From NCBI GenBank assembly GCA_043228905.1, contig JBHGNT010000012.1, positions 19,964,001 to 20,028,000 of the forward strand: a stretch of 64,000 nt of DNA, given 5' to 3'. The stretch is from Azolla caroliniana (taxonomy: Eukaryota > Plantae > Polypodiophyta). The notes under the pieces are model-generated. The model worked only from the letters and a program-made list of their open reading frames with translations. It was not told where the DNA came from and searched no databases. Below are positions 1 to 12,013 of the stretch, in pieces (position 1 is the first letter of the stretch; every line of letters starts with the position of its first letter). Position numbers and translations under genes: made by a program.

Positions 1-230
1 TCCAACAGGACATTTAAGCCTTTGACATCGAAGTACAGCTAGGTAATGGTATATAATGTGCTTACACGAATCAAATACACAATCAACCTAAGTAATGAGC
101 ATCATTACAATTTTTAACACTAATCAGTGCTAAATCTCAGCAATTCAGGCATTGTTTGACAATGTTAGTTTTGGCGTCATCCTCATTATTGTACACAGTC
201 CCAAGCTAGAATTTTAAGCTTCTTTTCACG

Positions 231-2350
231 TGATATTAAGATAAACATGTGGGGTTTTTCCACTCAAGTGGAACCCATAACTCAAAGCCGGCTGAGTGCC
301 GGCTCTAACAGCTAAGAACTGTTTAAGAAGCAGCTAAGGGCCAGAAGGAGGCAGATATATGTAGAAGTTGCATAAGGAGGGAACGTCAGTCAGAGCAAAC
401 ACAAAAGAAGAACACGTGCCTATGAGAGAAAACAGAGAGAGTGAGAGCATGACTCGGATCACAAGAAAGAAAGAGCACGAGAGCGTGAGTGAGAGTGATA
501 TCGTATTGCAGATGAGGAGATAAAGATTTATAAGAGGATGTTTGTGCCACCAAGGAGCTCGTACCCAATGACTGGAGTGCACCTCTCCTATCTGTCTATA
601 ATTAGGTTTTCACGTTCTGCATTATTCTGTCTTTCTGTTGTTCTTTCCACTCAATCGGGTGAAGATTGTTACCAAGGCTATTGCCTTGAGGTATATTCCT
701 CTAGTGAAAACTAGAGAGGTTGTACTCTGAACATAGTGAAATGTTTTGGTACCCTAAGGGTTCCGCAGTTTTTCCCGATTTGGGGTTTCCACATAAAACC
801 TGGTGTAATCTGATTTCTGTTTTGGTTGTGTCTGTCATTCGTTATGTTGGTGGTCTAAGGTAATTCTGGTTCACATGCACACACGTGTGCATGTGTTCAC
901 ATAGGCATCTACTCACACTCACAATTACACTTGTGCACATTTACACATACACATAAACACTTTACTCTTTCACCCTCTTCACACTCAACTCTATGTACAT
1001 CTCGTACGTTAACAATATGAATCTCTTGGTGGGATGATTAAGTTGACCAGACCGAACTATTCAATATGGAAGTCCAAAATGAGGGACATGTTATACAAGG
1101 ACTTGTGGTTGCCAATACAATGTGGTACGGACAAACCAAAGAAAATAGACGCATCGACTTAGGACATTAGGCATTTAAAAACAGCTGCATACATATGATA
1201 CTTCATAGACATGAGTATATATAACAACTTTGGTGATAAAACTAAATCAATTGTATTGTGGAACAAAATAGAGAGTATGTTTGAAACCAAGAATGCCTTG
1301 AATAGAGTTTTTGTGTTCAAAAATATTGTAAGGCTGAGATACCAAGATGGCTCTAGTATGGCTGAGCACCTGAATGCATTTCAAGGGTTGATCAATCAAA
1401 CAATCTCTTTAGACATACCTCTAGCAGATGACTGGATCATTGACTCGGGAACCTCGTATCATATTACCCTGTATTAGGAGATGTTTGCATCATATGGTGG
1501 TAGTGAATTTGGTAGAGTCATAATGGCTAACCACTGTGTGATAGAGGTTGTTGGCATAGGGAATATAATTTTGGCCACGGATATGAGTTACAAACTCATA
1601 TTGAAGGATATTAGACATGTACCAGATATTCAAGTAAATATCATTTCTGCGGGTAAGCTTGATGATGAGGGTTATGCAAACTACTTTGGTGAAAGAAGAT
1701 GGAAGGCTTTGTAATCATAGCAAAATGTTCCAAAAAGAATTCCCTCTATCTTATGCATGCTATAGTGTCCAATAAAGCAAAAAATGTTGCTAATAAGGAT
1801 GTCTCTATTGAGTTATGGCACAAGAGACTTGGGCACATAAGTTAAAAAGGACTCGAGGTTCTAGCAAAGAAGAACATCTTGCCTGCAATAACAAGTATGC
1901 ATCTAAAAACTTGCATTGATTGTTTGGCCGCTTTTCAACAATTGCCCCCTAAAAGAAAGTCTCAACCATTGGAATTGGTGAATCCGGATCTATGCTATAT
2001 GAAAGATAAAATGCTTGGGGGAGCATTATACTTTGCTACATTCATCGATAATTTCTCGACAAAGTTATGGTGCTTTGCAATGAAAACTAAAGATCAAGTA
2101 TTCGAGATCTTTAGGGGTTTTCATGTGAGTGTGGAAAGAGGAACGGAAAGAAAGCTGAAATATATTTGTGTTGATAATGGCGGTGAATATTGGGGTCGAT
2201 TTGAGCAATATTGTCATGAGCATGGTATCAAGATTAGAGAAGTGTTCAAAAAAGACCTTAGCACAATGGTGTGGTTGAGAGGATTGTTAAGTCAAATCAC
2301 TCAAAATTGCCAAAATCCTTTTGGGATAAAGCAATGAGGATTGCAGTTTT
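231..2350 (+). mobile_element. Degenerate Ty1/copia LTR retrotransposon fragment (LTR-like 5' end, gag, protease, GAG-pre-integrase, integrase N-part) inside RAD51C intron 7
   Basis: gag-like 'GGMIKLTRPNYSIWKSKM' at about 1020-1080 and 'LRYQDGSSMAEHLNAFQGLINQ'; protease 'WIIDSGTSYH'; 'LWHKRLGH'; integrase 'YFATFIDNFS...DNGGEY'. It has stops, frameshifts and an internal gag-to-protease deletion. The LTR-like start shares 'GGGG..TTCCACTCAAGTGGA.CCCA.AACT' with the second copy. Boundaries are approximate. Confidence 0.85.
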
Positions 2351-2373
2351 AGGCAATTTTGAGTGAATTGACT

Positions 2374-2830
2374 TAACAATCGGCAATGGTTCGGTTTGGT
2401 TTGAGAGGATCCAAACCGAACCGTTAAAATTTTTTGAAACCTAAACTAAACCGAACCGAACTGCGAAACCGTTAAACCATTAAATCGTAAAAACCGCGGT
2501 TTCGTGGTTCGGTTTTGGTTTCGGTTTTCAACATAGGCCAAATTTTTTATTTTTTAAAATTTATAATATTTCATTATTTAGAATTTTTGTTCCTAAAATG
2601 TGAGAATAAGGTGTAAAAATGAAAAGATTGTTTAAAAACAAATTTTTAGATTTTTTTTAAAATTTTTAAATTTGTTTTTAAAAAAATTAAAAATTAAAAC
2701 CATTTAAACCACGGTTTTTGATTGTTGAAACCAAACTGAAACCGAACTGAACCGTTTAAAAAAACCTAAACCTAAACCAAACCAAACTGTTGAAACCGCG
2801 GTTTCACGGTTCGGTTCGTACCGATTGTTA
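2374..2830. mobile_element. Non-autonomous hAT-type DNA transposon (MITE)
   Basis: Termini TAACAATCGG...CCGATTGTTA; exact 8-bp TSD AATTGACT at 2366-2373 and 2831-2838; many subterminal AAACCG/CGGTTT motifs; AT-rich core. Confidence 0.85.
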
Positions 2831-2838
2831 AATTGACT

Positions 2839-4963
2839 GCAATCCTCATTGCTTTACCCCAAAAGGATTTAGGCAGTTTTGAGTGAATTGTCCTATTCCT
2901 CCTCTCAGCCACAGCATTGTATTGAAAGTGTTTTGGAAACACTCCTCTCAAGCCTGATACCATGCTCACGTTGCACAAAGTGTCCCTGATATTCACCATC
3001 GTTATCGGCACAAATAAATTTTAGCTTTCTCCCAATTCCTCTTTCCACACTTACATGGAAGTTCTTAAAGATCTTGAACACTTGATCTTTAGTCTTTAAT
3101 GCAAAGCAACACAACTTTCTTGAGAAGTCATCAATAAATGTGGCAAAGTACAATGCTCTCCCAAGGGTTCTATCCTTCATATAACACAAATTTGTGTGCA
3201 ATTCCAATGACTGAGATTTTCTTTTTGGGGGCAAACGCCAAAAGGCAACTATGTGTTGTCTCTCGCCAAACAATCAACACAAGTTTCTGAATGCATACCT
3301 TTGATCTCTGGTAGGATGTTCTTCCTTGCTAACACCTCAAGTCCTTTTTGACTCATGTGCCCAAGTCTCTTGTGCCATAGCTCAATGGAGACATCCTTGT
3401 CGGCTACATTCACCTTTCCACCAAACACCATAGCATGCATTAGATATAGAGAATTTTGTTTTAGACATCTTGCCATAACTAGAGATCCTTTGGTGAGCTT
3501 CCATTTTTCTTCACCAAAGGAATTTGTATAACCCTCATCATCAAGCTTACCAGCAGAAATAATATCCAACCGAATGTTGAGTACATGCCTAACATCCTTC
3601 AACATGAGTTTGCAACCCGTGTCCATTGTTAGAATTACATTTCTTATGCCAACAACCTCTATCACACCATGGTTGGCCATTTTGACTCTACCAAAGTCAC
3701 CACCGACATATGACATAAACATCTCCCAAAATGGGGTAATGTGATACGAAGCTCCCGAATCCATAATCTAGTCGGTATGTTGGCATACTAAACAGACACA
3801 AGCATCATCACATGCAATGATAATATCACCATTACATGTGGCCATTATAGGATCATTTTTCTTGTTGTTAGTGGTTTCTTTCTTTTGGTCTCTCTTTTTC
3901 TTCCAACAATCTCTCTCATAGTGATTCGGGCCACCACAATAATGACATGTAAAATCTTTCTTAGAGTCTTTCCTATTTCTAGATTTAGACCTCCCCTTAG
4001 AGTTATTTCTATTATATTGTGGGCCTTGAGTATGGCTTCTTCCTCTATTTGAGTATGGCCTTATGCTCATAGTTGGGCTCGCGCTCCTTTTCTTATGCTT
4101 CTTTATTAAGAAGGCTCAACTTAAGCGTGTCCAATGCTAGCTCTTCCTTTTGTGTTGAACTCCCAAGAGTCACCACAAGTGTTCCCCAACTATCTAGGAG
4201 AGAGCCTAACAATAATAAAGGCAATACCTCATTTGCTAGAGGTATTTTAAAGGAAATAGTTTGATTTATTAGCCCTTAAAATGCATTCAAATGCTCTGCC
4301 ATACTAGAGCTATCTTGATATCTTAGTCTTACCATCTTTCTAAACACAAGCACTCTATCTATTCAAGGCATTCTTGGTTTCATATCTCTCTATTTTCTTC
4401 CATAATACATTTGCTTTGGTTTCATCACCAAAGTTGTTATATAGACTCATGTCCAAAAAACATTGTGTCTATAGATGTTTTAAATGCATGACATCCCAAG
4501 TTGATGCATCTATTTTCTCAGGTTTGTTCATACCATATTATATGGGCAACCACAAGTCCTTGCATACTAGCATGACCCTCATTTTGGACTTCCATATAGA
4601 GTAGTTGGATTTGATAAGCTTCATTATCCCACCTAGTGGTTCATCAATATTCCAAATTTTGCAGAAGGTATGAACCTCGACTCTAATACCACTTGTTAAG
4701 AATACTAAACTGAGTCAGGATTAGCTCAGATTTCCAAGTCAATATATAGATCAGACGCAACGAAAATAAAAACAAAGTACACCCGATATTAACGTGGAAA
4801 ACCCAAAACGAGAAAAACCACGGGAACCTTAAGTTCCAAGACAAATTCACTATAGTCTAAGTATAGGTGTTGACAATCTCTAGAGATTGCACTATAGGAT
4901 TACAAAGTTGTGGGCTCCACTTGAGTGGATAGACCCCATAATTCATCCTAGAGTTCCCTAACA
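2839..4963 (-). mobile_element. Degenerate Ty1/copia element: 5' LTR (about 4694-4963), tRNA-iMet PBS, gag with Zn knuckle, protease, integrase N-part
   Basis: Minus strand: TGTTAGG...CTTAACA LTR, then AG-TGGTATTAGAG PBS (about 4681-4691); CHYCGGPNHYERDC knuckle; 'MDSGASYH'; 'LWHKRLGHMSQKGL'; 'YFATFIDDFSRK'. Truncated within integrase. Confidence 0.88.
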
Positions 4964-5045
4964 AAACAAGCATCTTCATTCTCCAATAAGCTAATCTGTA
5001 CTACCAGACTTACCAACCATTTGAGTAGAGAACTAAGAAGGGCAC

Positions 5046-7941
5046 CTCTTTATGCTCTAAGAGAAAATTCTCTAGTTGATTCACAACTGCAATCTGCCCA
5101 ATAGAACCACAAATAAGGAAATAGTAAAAGATCTTATCAACATTGTTGCAAGATTCATACACTTGTTTAGACTAAATTTTGCAATGAAAACAAAATAACC
5201 TGTTCAGTAGAATCACAAATGCGGAAGTAGTAAATATTAGAAAGAATCTTATCCACATTGCATGATTCCTCCACTAGCTTAGAGTATCCTGTACGATGAA
5301 AATGATGTTGTGCGACATATGCTTCAGCTATCTGTGAAGCACGCTCAACCATAAAGCTGCCTTCAGTATCTGTTAGCAAATAAATAATAACATTCACACT
5401 CAAGTTACAACCATGAATAATTGAAGAGCAAGTAGAAGATGCACCACCTATGTATACAGCACTTCCACCAACACCATCTCCATCTTTGGAAATCTGCACA
5501 TTAATTGCTAATTGCATTCTGGAAAAGATTTTATTACCATGTTTTCATGTTTATTCGTTTCACTAATCCAAAAACAAGGTAAAGCTCACAATTTATCACC
5601 TTAAGGTCATGGGTTTAAGTCTAAAGAAATATTTCTAATATTGCATTCACCATGGACAAACATTACTTCCTTCGAGATCAGTGCATTAGTCATTAATAAT
5701 TAATTTAATTTTCGTAAAAGCATGGCTTTATGAATTCAATTTTTTGCTACACAAGGGTTGAAAACAATATCCTTGCCCAAGCAACGGGAATGCTAAAGAA
5801 AATATATTAGCTTCCTTCTTACTCTATTCTAGATTTGGATATCATTACAATAGTTTTTGACAAACATTTGTCTTCGAAACATGGATTTAAGATGTTTAAT
5901 TATCTCACAATCCAAGAATTTAAAGCACAAGTATTGCCTCATAAAAGACAATGCAAGAATAAAAGAGGTTTGCAGCATTCTTACCCGAACTGAGTCTTAC
6001 CAATGCCTGGTGCACCACCTGTTCCGAAAGGTCACCCTTTTTAATTAAGGGCATGTTCTAGGGAAGAAATTGAATTTCCTCATCAAGCTTATCAATATTA
6101 AAAGATTTCTTCAATGATAAACTTACAAATTTCGGTGACTTCTTTGAGACATATCCCTCCTCCTAACAATGAGTCAAGTTCTGCACAGGATGTGGTTATG
6201 CGTTTTCGTGCCTTCTCATAGCAAAGCAAGTCCCATGCTGTTTTCCCACCTGAGAAACTTTAATCTATTATATTTGATATCAAATCAAAGTAACACGGGT
6301 TTCCATTCATTATGTCTGATATCCAATCTAAGAAACTAAGACTTTTGAGGAGTATCGCCGATATCTGACAAAAATCACTTATGTTTTTGTGCATTACAGC
6401 TGAGCAAAGTCCCTTAGATTTTCAAGCATTGTAGCTGACACCTGTTCGAAATTACTTGGGATTTCGTGCATTATAACCAAAAGCTGATCAAAATTACATA
6501 GGCTTTTGTGCATCATAGCCAAAACCCGGCCAAAGTCACTTGGGTTTTCGCACATTATTGCCAATACCTGATTAAAGTGACTCCATTTTAGATACTATAG
6601 CCAATATCTTATCAAAATCACCATGGATTACATGCATTGCAACCAGTACGTGATCAGAGTCACATATGTTTTCATGCATTATAGCTGATATTAGATCAAA
6701 TTCAATAATGCTTTCATGCATTATAGCCTGTAAGACTATAAATGATTGAAGTTCCTAACGCATTCTTGCACCTCAAATTCACTTAGGCTTTCATGTATTA
6801 TAGCCTATAAGGCTATACAAGATTGATGACACCAAAGCATTCATGCACCTCAAAGTTACTTAAGACTTTTCTGCATTATAACCTATAAGACTATATATGG
6901 TAAAAGTCACTTAGTCATTTGTGCAGCATGACTAATATCTATAATCTGATCAGATTTGTTTAGGCTTTCAGCCATAATAGACAATAACATATCAAAGTTA
7001 TCATAAATATTCCATGCATTATAACAGGTATCCTATTAAACCCATTTAGGCTATCCAAAAAAGAAACAGATTTTTATCAACAATCCAGGGAGTAAGTTGT
7101 GATCTCACCACGAAGTAAGCTTTGATTCTGCGGGGATGCGCCAATGCCCCGTAAGGACTTGATGATGTGCAGAGCTTCTTCCTGAGATACTTGAATATCT
7201 AGACAAGAAAAGTGAAAGCCGTCAGAAAAACAAAAGGAAATGAAAACCTAAACACAGAGTAGATCCCTAGAAGCTTGGTGAGAACCTTAACCTACAAAAG
7301 AAAACTATGCACAATGAAAACACTTGGCGTGCAGTACGTAAATATTAGTAAAAACCTAAGAAAACGGTGAGATCCTAAACACGTAGGGGTAGGTGCCTAC
7401 AAAAACGGTGAAAACCTAAGCTTTGAACAAATATGCTGAAAATAAAGTAAAACAGGGTTCAGAAAGAAAAACACAGAACACTCGGTGACAAACACATTCT
7501 GCAGGAAATGCTAGAAAGAAGAAGAGATGCAGAATAAAGCCAATGGCCTAAGCTTTGAAAAAACGCGATGAAATCCGAGACACAAAGATGGAAAATGGAA
7601 CTCATGAACAGTGTATTTAAGAAGAAAAAAATCCGTAAAACACACAGTTCAACAGGAAAAACGAAAACCTAAAAACACGTGATCGGAAGAAATCGTGAAC
7701 CGAGATGTTTCAAAGAAACCCTAGAAAAACAACACAAGTGGAAAGAGAGACCTAAAACGGGGAAATGCAGGAAATAAGAGACGCGAGCGACGACGAACTT
7801 CATTTTTCCGTATTTTGACTTACCTCGAGCAAGTGCAGAAGGGGCAGTGGAGAGCAGGGAGGCGATGGAGCGGTATCCAGCTTCGGCGAGCTTGGAGCGA
7901 AGGGCGACAGGGAAAGGCCACACTGCGTTCACCTCCTCCAT
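5046..7941 (-). CDS. RAD51C: DNA repair protein RAD51 paralog C, exons 1-7 (3' part lies beyond the left window edge)
   Basis: Phase-consistent GT-AG exons: 7941-7824, 7198-7109, 6249-6127, 6018-5985, 5518-5448, 5369-5200, 5093-5046. Spliced protein: MEEV...RSKLAEAGY...TAWDLL...[45 protein letters not shown]...AVYIDTEGSFMVERA...NIYYFRICDSTEQIAVVNQLENFL. This contains the Walker A motif and matches the plant RAD51C pattern. Confidence 0.93.
6280..7060. repeat. Degenerate 42-bp minisatellite in RAD51C intron 2
   Basis: Approximate consensus ATCAAAGTCACTTAGGTTTTCATGCATTATAGCCAATATCTG; units start at about 6486, 6528, 6570, 6610, 6652 and 6694. Confidence 0.75.
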
Positions 7942-8079
7942 GGCCCAAGCAAGGGAACCTGTTTCCTCTGATTCTCTCTGTCTCTCTGAGCTTCTTCTCT
8001 TTCCTCTGATTCTCTCTGTCTCTGAGCTTCTTCTCTCCTTTCAGAAGCTCTCTCTCTCTGCAATGGTGGCGGAGCCCCC

Positions 8080-8712
8080 GCCATGGCGGCCTTCAGGGTT
8101 TAGGCTTTAGGCTTTAGGCAGCCCTTTTTCCAGGATGTGGCTAGCAATAGACACGGTTTCGGTTAGAACCGAACCGTTAAGCCATGGTTTAATAGTTTAT
8201 TGGCTCCGAAAAAAAAATTAATGGTCTGGTTTGGATTTTCGATAAACGGTTCGGTTTTGTTCTAAAACTTGGGTTTATTGGTTTTTGGTTAACCTTTCTT
8301 TTTTTTTACCTTAATAGTTCAATTAAAGTTTCTTTTATTGATTTAATAAATTTAACTTAAATGCTTATTTAATTTAATGTACATATTTTTGTTTTTTTGG
8401 ATGTTTAATTAGTTTGATTTAAGCTTAATACGCCATGGCGGTCTTCAGGGTTTAGGCTTTAAGCATCCCTTTTTCGAGGATGTGGCTAGCAATGGACACA
8501 GTTTCGGTTCGAACCGAACCGAACCCTTAAGCCATGGTTTAACAGTTTATTGGTTCCCAAAATTTTTTAATGGTTTGGTTTGGATTTTTTATAAACAGTT
8601 CGGTTTGGTTCTAAAACTTAGGTTTACAGGTTTTTGGTTTACTTTTTTTTACCTTAATATGTAGTTTATTAAATTAATGGATTTTTATTGATTTAATTAA
8701 TTTAACTTTTAT
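8080..8712. repeat. Tandem duplication (about 350-bp period) upstream of RAD51C, containing telo-box-like motifs and an AAACCG-rich transposon end
   Basis: GCCATGGCGG.CTTCAGGGTTT(T)AGGCTTT...GGATGTGGCTAGCAAT.GACAC.GTTTCGGTT occurs at about 8080 and again at about 8432. Confidence 0.75.
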
Positions 8713-8721
8713 ATGAGGAAA

Positions 8722-9078
8722 TAATAATCGACAACAGTTCGGTTTGGTTTGAGAGTGTCAAAATCGAACCATTTAAAATTTTTGAAACTTGAACCAAACC
8801 ATGAAATTGTGTAAATCGAACTGTTAAAAAATAATCTAAACCATTAAATCGTTAAAACCGCGATTTCGTGGTTCAATTTCAGTTTTCAACTTAGGTTGAA
8901 TTTTAAAATTTTTTATTATTTTAAATTTAAATTTTTCTACAATTTAAAGATTTTTTTAAAATGTGAGACATTAGGCTTAAAAATGAAAATATTGTTTTAA
9001 ATTTTTTTTGAAACCATTAAACCATTTAAACTATGGTTTCTAATTGTTAAAACCGAACTGAACCATTGCCGACTATTA
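8722..9078. mobile_element. Older copy of the hAT-type MITE family
   Basis: Degenerate TIRs TAATAATCGACAAC / TTGCCGACTATTA; internal sequence similar to 2374-2830; imperfect flanks TGAGGAAA / TGGGAAAA. Confidence 0.7.
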
Positions 9079-9893
9079 TGGGAAAAGGGACATTTGCATT
9101 TAATGCAATGAGGCGCATGGGTCCTTCATTCTTCATTTTTGGGGTGGTCTTCTTCAGTGTTAATGGGAGCTTGGGAATGTTCATCTTTGTCTACTTCGAT
9201 TTTGTCAATTGGGGGAGTCTTCTTTCGTTTTCTTTTCTTCTTCGACTCTTCTTTATATAAGTTTTCAAATCTCGAGTGGAAGCAATGAGGAGGCAACAAG
9301 CAAACACACCAATTGTTTGTTGGGAGGATAGAGTGACATGAGAGGTACTCGTGGTCTTCATGGCCCGCTTGACTCACCTACACCTAAAGCTTTGCTCCTC
9401 TCACTTCTATTTCTTGAGGTTGCCACCATTGTAACCCCTTCGCCTTTGTTACTTATTAACCCTAATTTATAAAAGGGTTTTTCTTTGTAATTGTGTATTC
9501 TTCGGCCTTCAAAGTGGTCATTATGTCTTAAACTCATACTCGTTGCATTATTCACGTGATTAATCTCTCTTGTTTAAGCGCCCAAGATGATTTAGTTTGC
9601 ATCCGCGAACCCCCGCGATTTCGTGTTTCACAAGCGTTTGCTCCTCTTTGTGCATCACCTTCGAGTTACTCCTTTCTTCGACAAGAGTGAGTCTTTGACA
9701 TATGTGATTTCTTTGACTATAGGGATTTCTTCAACATACTCCTCCCTTCGACACGTTTCTTTGATATCAACTAATCCTTTTTTACTCCTAGATCTTTTCG
9801 ACCCCATGTTTTTGAGTCCTCCTAACCTTAACGTCCTCCTTGGTTCGAGACCCCATGTGGTCCCACTCAAGTAGAACACACACGCCCTTTTAA

Positions 9894-10062
9894 GGCTTAA
9901 TCGGTTTGGATAAACCGGTTCCTAAACTGATTTATGGGTAAACCGATTTAGGAGCTCATTCAGTTCAAGTTTGAAAACTCCTAAACCGGTTAAGGCTTAA
10001 CCTGTTTCGTTTGGACTAGGCCAAACTGCTTAATCCAAAACCGAATTGTTGTCAATCCCATA
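9894..10062. mobile_element. AAACCG-rich DNA-transposon end fragment (hAT-like)
   Basis: Repeated AAACCG/CGGTTT motifs ending in TTGTCAATCCCATA; no partner terminus found. Confidence 0.4.
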
Positions 10063-12013
10063 ATTTCTATAAAAATACGTAGGAATTTTACACAATATGC
10101 ATAATAAATTATATATATATATATTCTATTTTTATATCTCAATTTTGGGCTTTAAAGTGTACGCGTAAATAAAAATAGGTAAAAACTACTAGTGTTTATA
10201 AAACAAAAAGGGTCCACGTAAATACACGAATACAATTATTTATATTTATATTTATTATAACAAGATTAAATATGTACATGTTACAACACGTATAAATAAA
10301 TATACGAATACCTTATTTATATTTATTATGACAGATTAAAGATATGTAAGAACACGTATAAAACACATACATACGTATTTAGATATACGAATACATGATT
10401 TATATGCACGTTTATTATCACATATTAAATACATGTACGAAGTTAGAACACGTATAAATATACGAATACATTTATTATACTTCTATTTATATTTGTATTA
10501 TTACACATTAAAATACATGTATAAACACGTACGTATAAATATACGTATCGAAAGGTAAATAATGTATTCAGATCTTCTAGCAGCAGCAGAGGATCTGCAG
10601 CAGTGATTGATTGATTGATCTGAAGAAGAAGAAGAAGAAGAAGAAGAAGAAGGTCGCTCGCTGATCGTTTCGCTAATAGGTATGCTCTCTCTCCCTCACG
10701 TTCTTCTTCTTCTTCTACCTTCACTCTGCACCTTTCTATGCTCTCTTGCTCAAATCCACTCTTGATGAAGTTTTATTTATTTGTTTTTATTTTATATCAA
10801 TTCTTTTCTTGATTCAATTGGGTGATTGTTTTCCGTGAATGAAATTTGGAGGGTTTTTTGTTTGATTCGTGTCTGTTTCTCTCTCTCTCTCTCTCTTATC
10901 TATCTATCTATCTATCTATCTATATATACACACACACACACACACACCAAAGGCCAGATTGTTTAGTTACGATTTCGTTTTTTCTTTTTTTTCGGACGAT
11001 TCGTCTGAGAAATTTCAGGTTTTGGAACAATTGATTCCGCTCTTAGATCTGGTGATTGTTAACTTTTCAATTATATCTGCAATTCCGTGGTTTCTTTCTA
11101 AAGCTTCAATATCACTGAGATTTTATTGTTTGTTGTTTTATTTGAGTTATTCTATCATTGGAATTCCAGGGGTTTTACATGTTATATGCCATTTGATTAT
11201 CCTTGGCTGTTGTCAACGATATTGTTATAGATTCAATGTTCGTTTTTTTATGGATTTCATCATATCTGAAATTCTAGTTTTTCCGAAAGACTTCTTCTGG
11301 TTGTGGCGATGTAACATCAAGATTAATTGTTCCTGCCACCTCCGCAATTGTAGGGTTTCCCATTTAGTTTCAAATAATTCTGCTGAAAATTTAGGGTTAT
11401 TTAAGCCTTTCTGCAGTTTCTTTGTACGATGATTTGTGGCCAAGGTCAATGATATTGTTATGCATTCGCTATTTCTGAGTTTTGTTTTTGAATGCATTTT
11501 CTGAATTTCTTGCATTTTTATTTTCTATGATGGCCAAGAACTTTAATATTATTACCTATTTCATTAACTTTAAACTTCTAGAATTTGCTGTTCAGTCCAA
11601 ACAAATCTTCTGCATTTCTAGGGTTTTGAATGATTTCTGCTGTTTGACATTCTGGGTTATGGGCAAGATGAATGTGCAGGTCTCATCATCCTGGCAGTTC
11701 CTGGGTTTGTTTAGTTTATACTGTTTCTGCCATTTCTAGATCTGATGACCTGTTTCCACTAAAACATATTAGGTGTTTTTTCCTGATGAAGAGTATTGCC
11801 CACTATTATTTTATATTAATTACTCAATTGATTATGCTTCCATTTTTGTATATAAATATTGCTGTCAATTTAATTATTCTGGGACATTCTGTTTCATTTG
11901 AATGATTTTTGTTATTACAATGACTACAAGGATTGGCTGATCTTGGTCAAGATTAACGTGATAGCTAACAGTTGTTGTTTTTTATTTGGAGGCTTTGCAG
12001 TTCTTTCCATTAT

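Noticed and set aside
5575-5645. Possible tRNA-derived (Au-like) SINE head, GGTAAAG...AGGTCATGGGTTTAAGTC
   Set aside because: Too degenerate; no tail or TSD found.
9842-9852. Second B-box-like GGTTCGAGACC
   Set aside because: Weaker match with no T-arm stem, lying in what looks like decayed retroelement sequence; not linked to any Pol III feature.
9100-9880. Short minus-strand ORFs between RAD51C and UBA1
   Set aside because: No identifiable motif; likely decayed retroelement sequence that I cannot classify.
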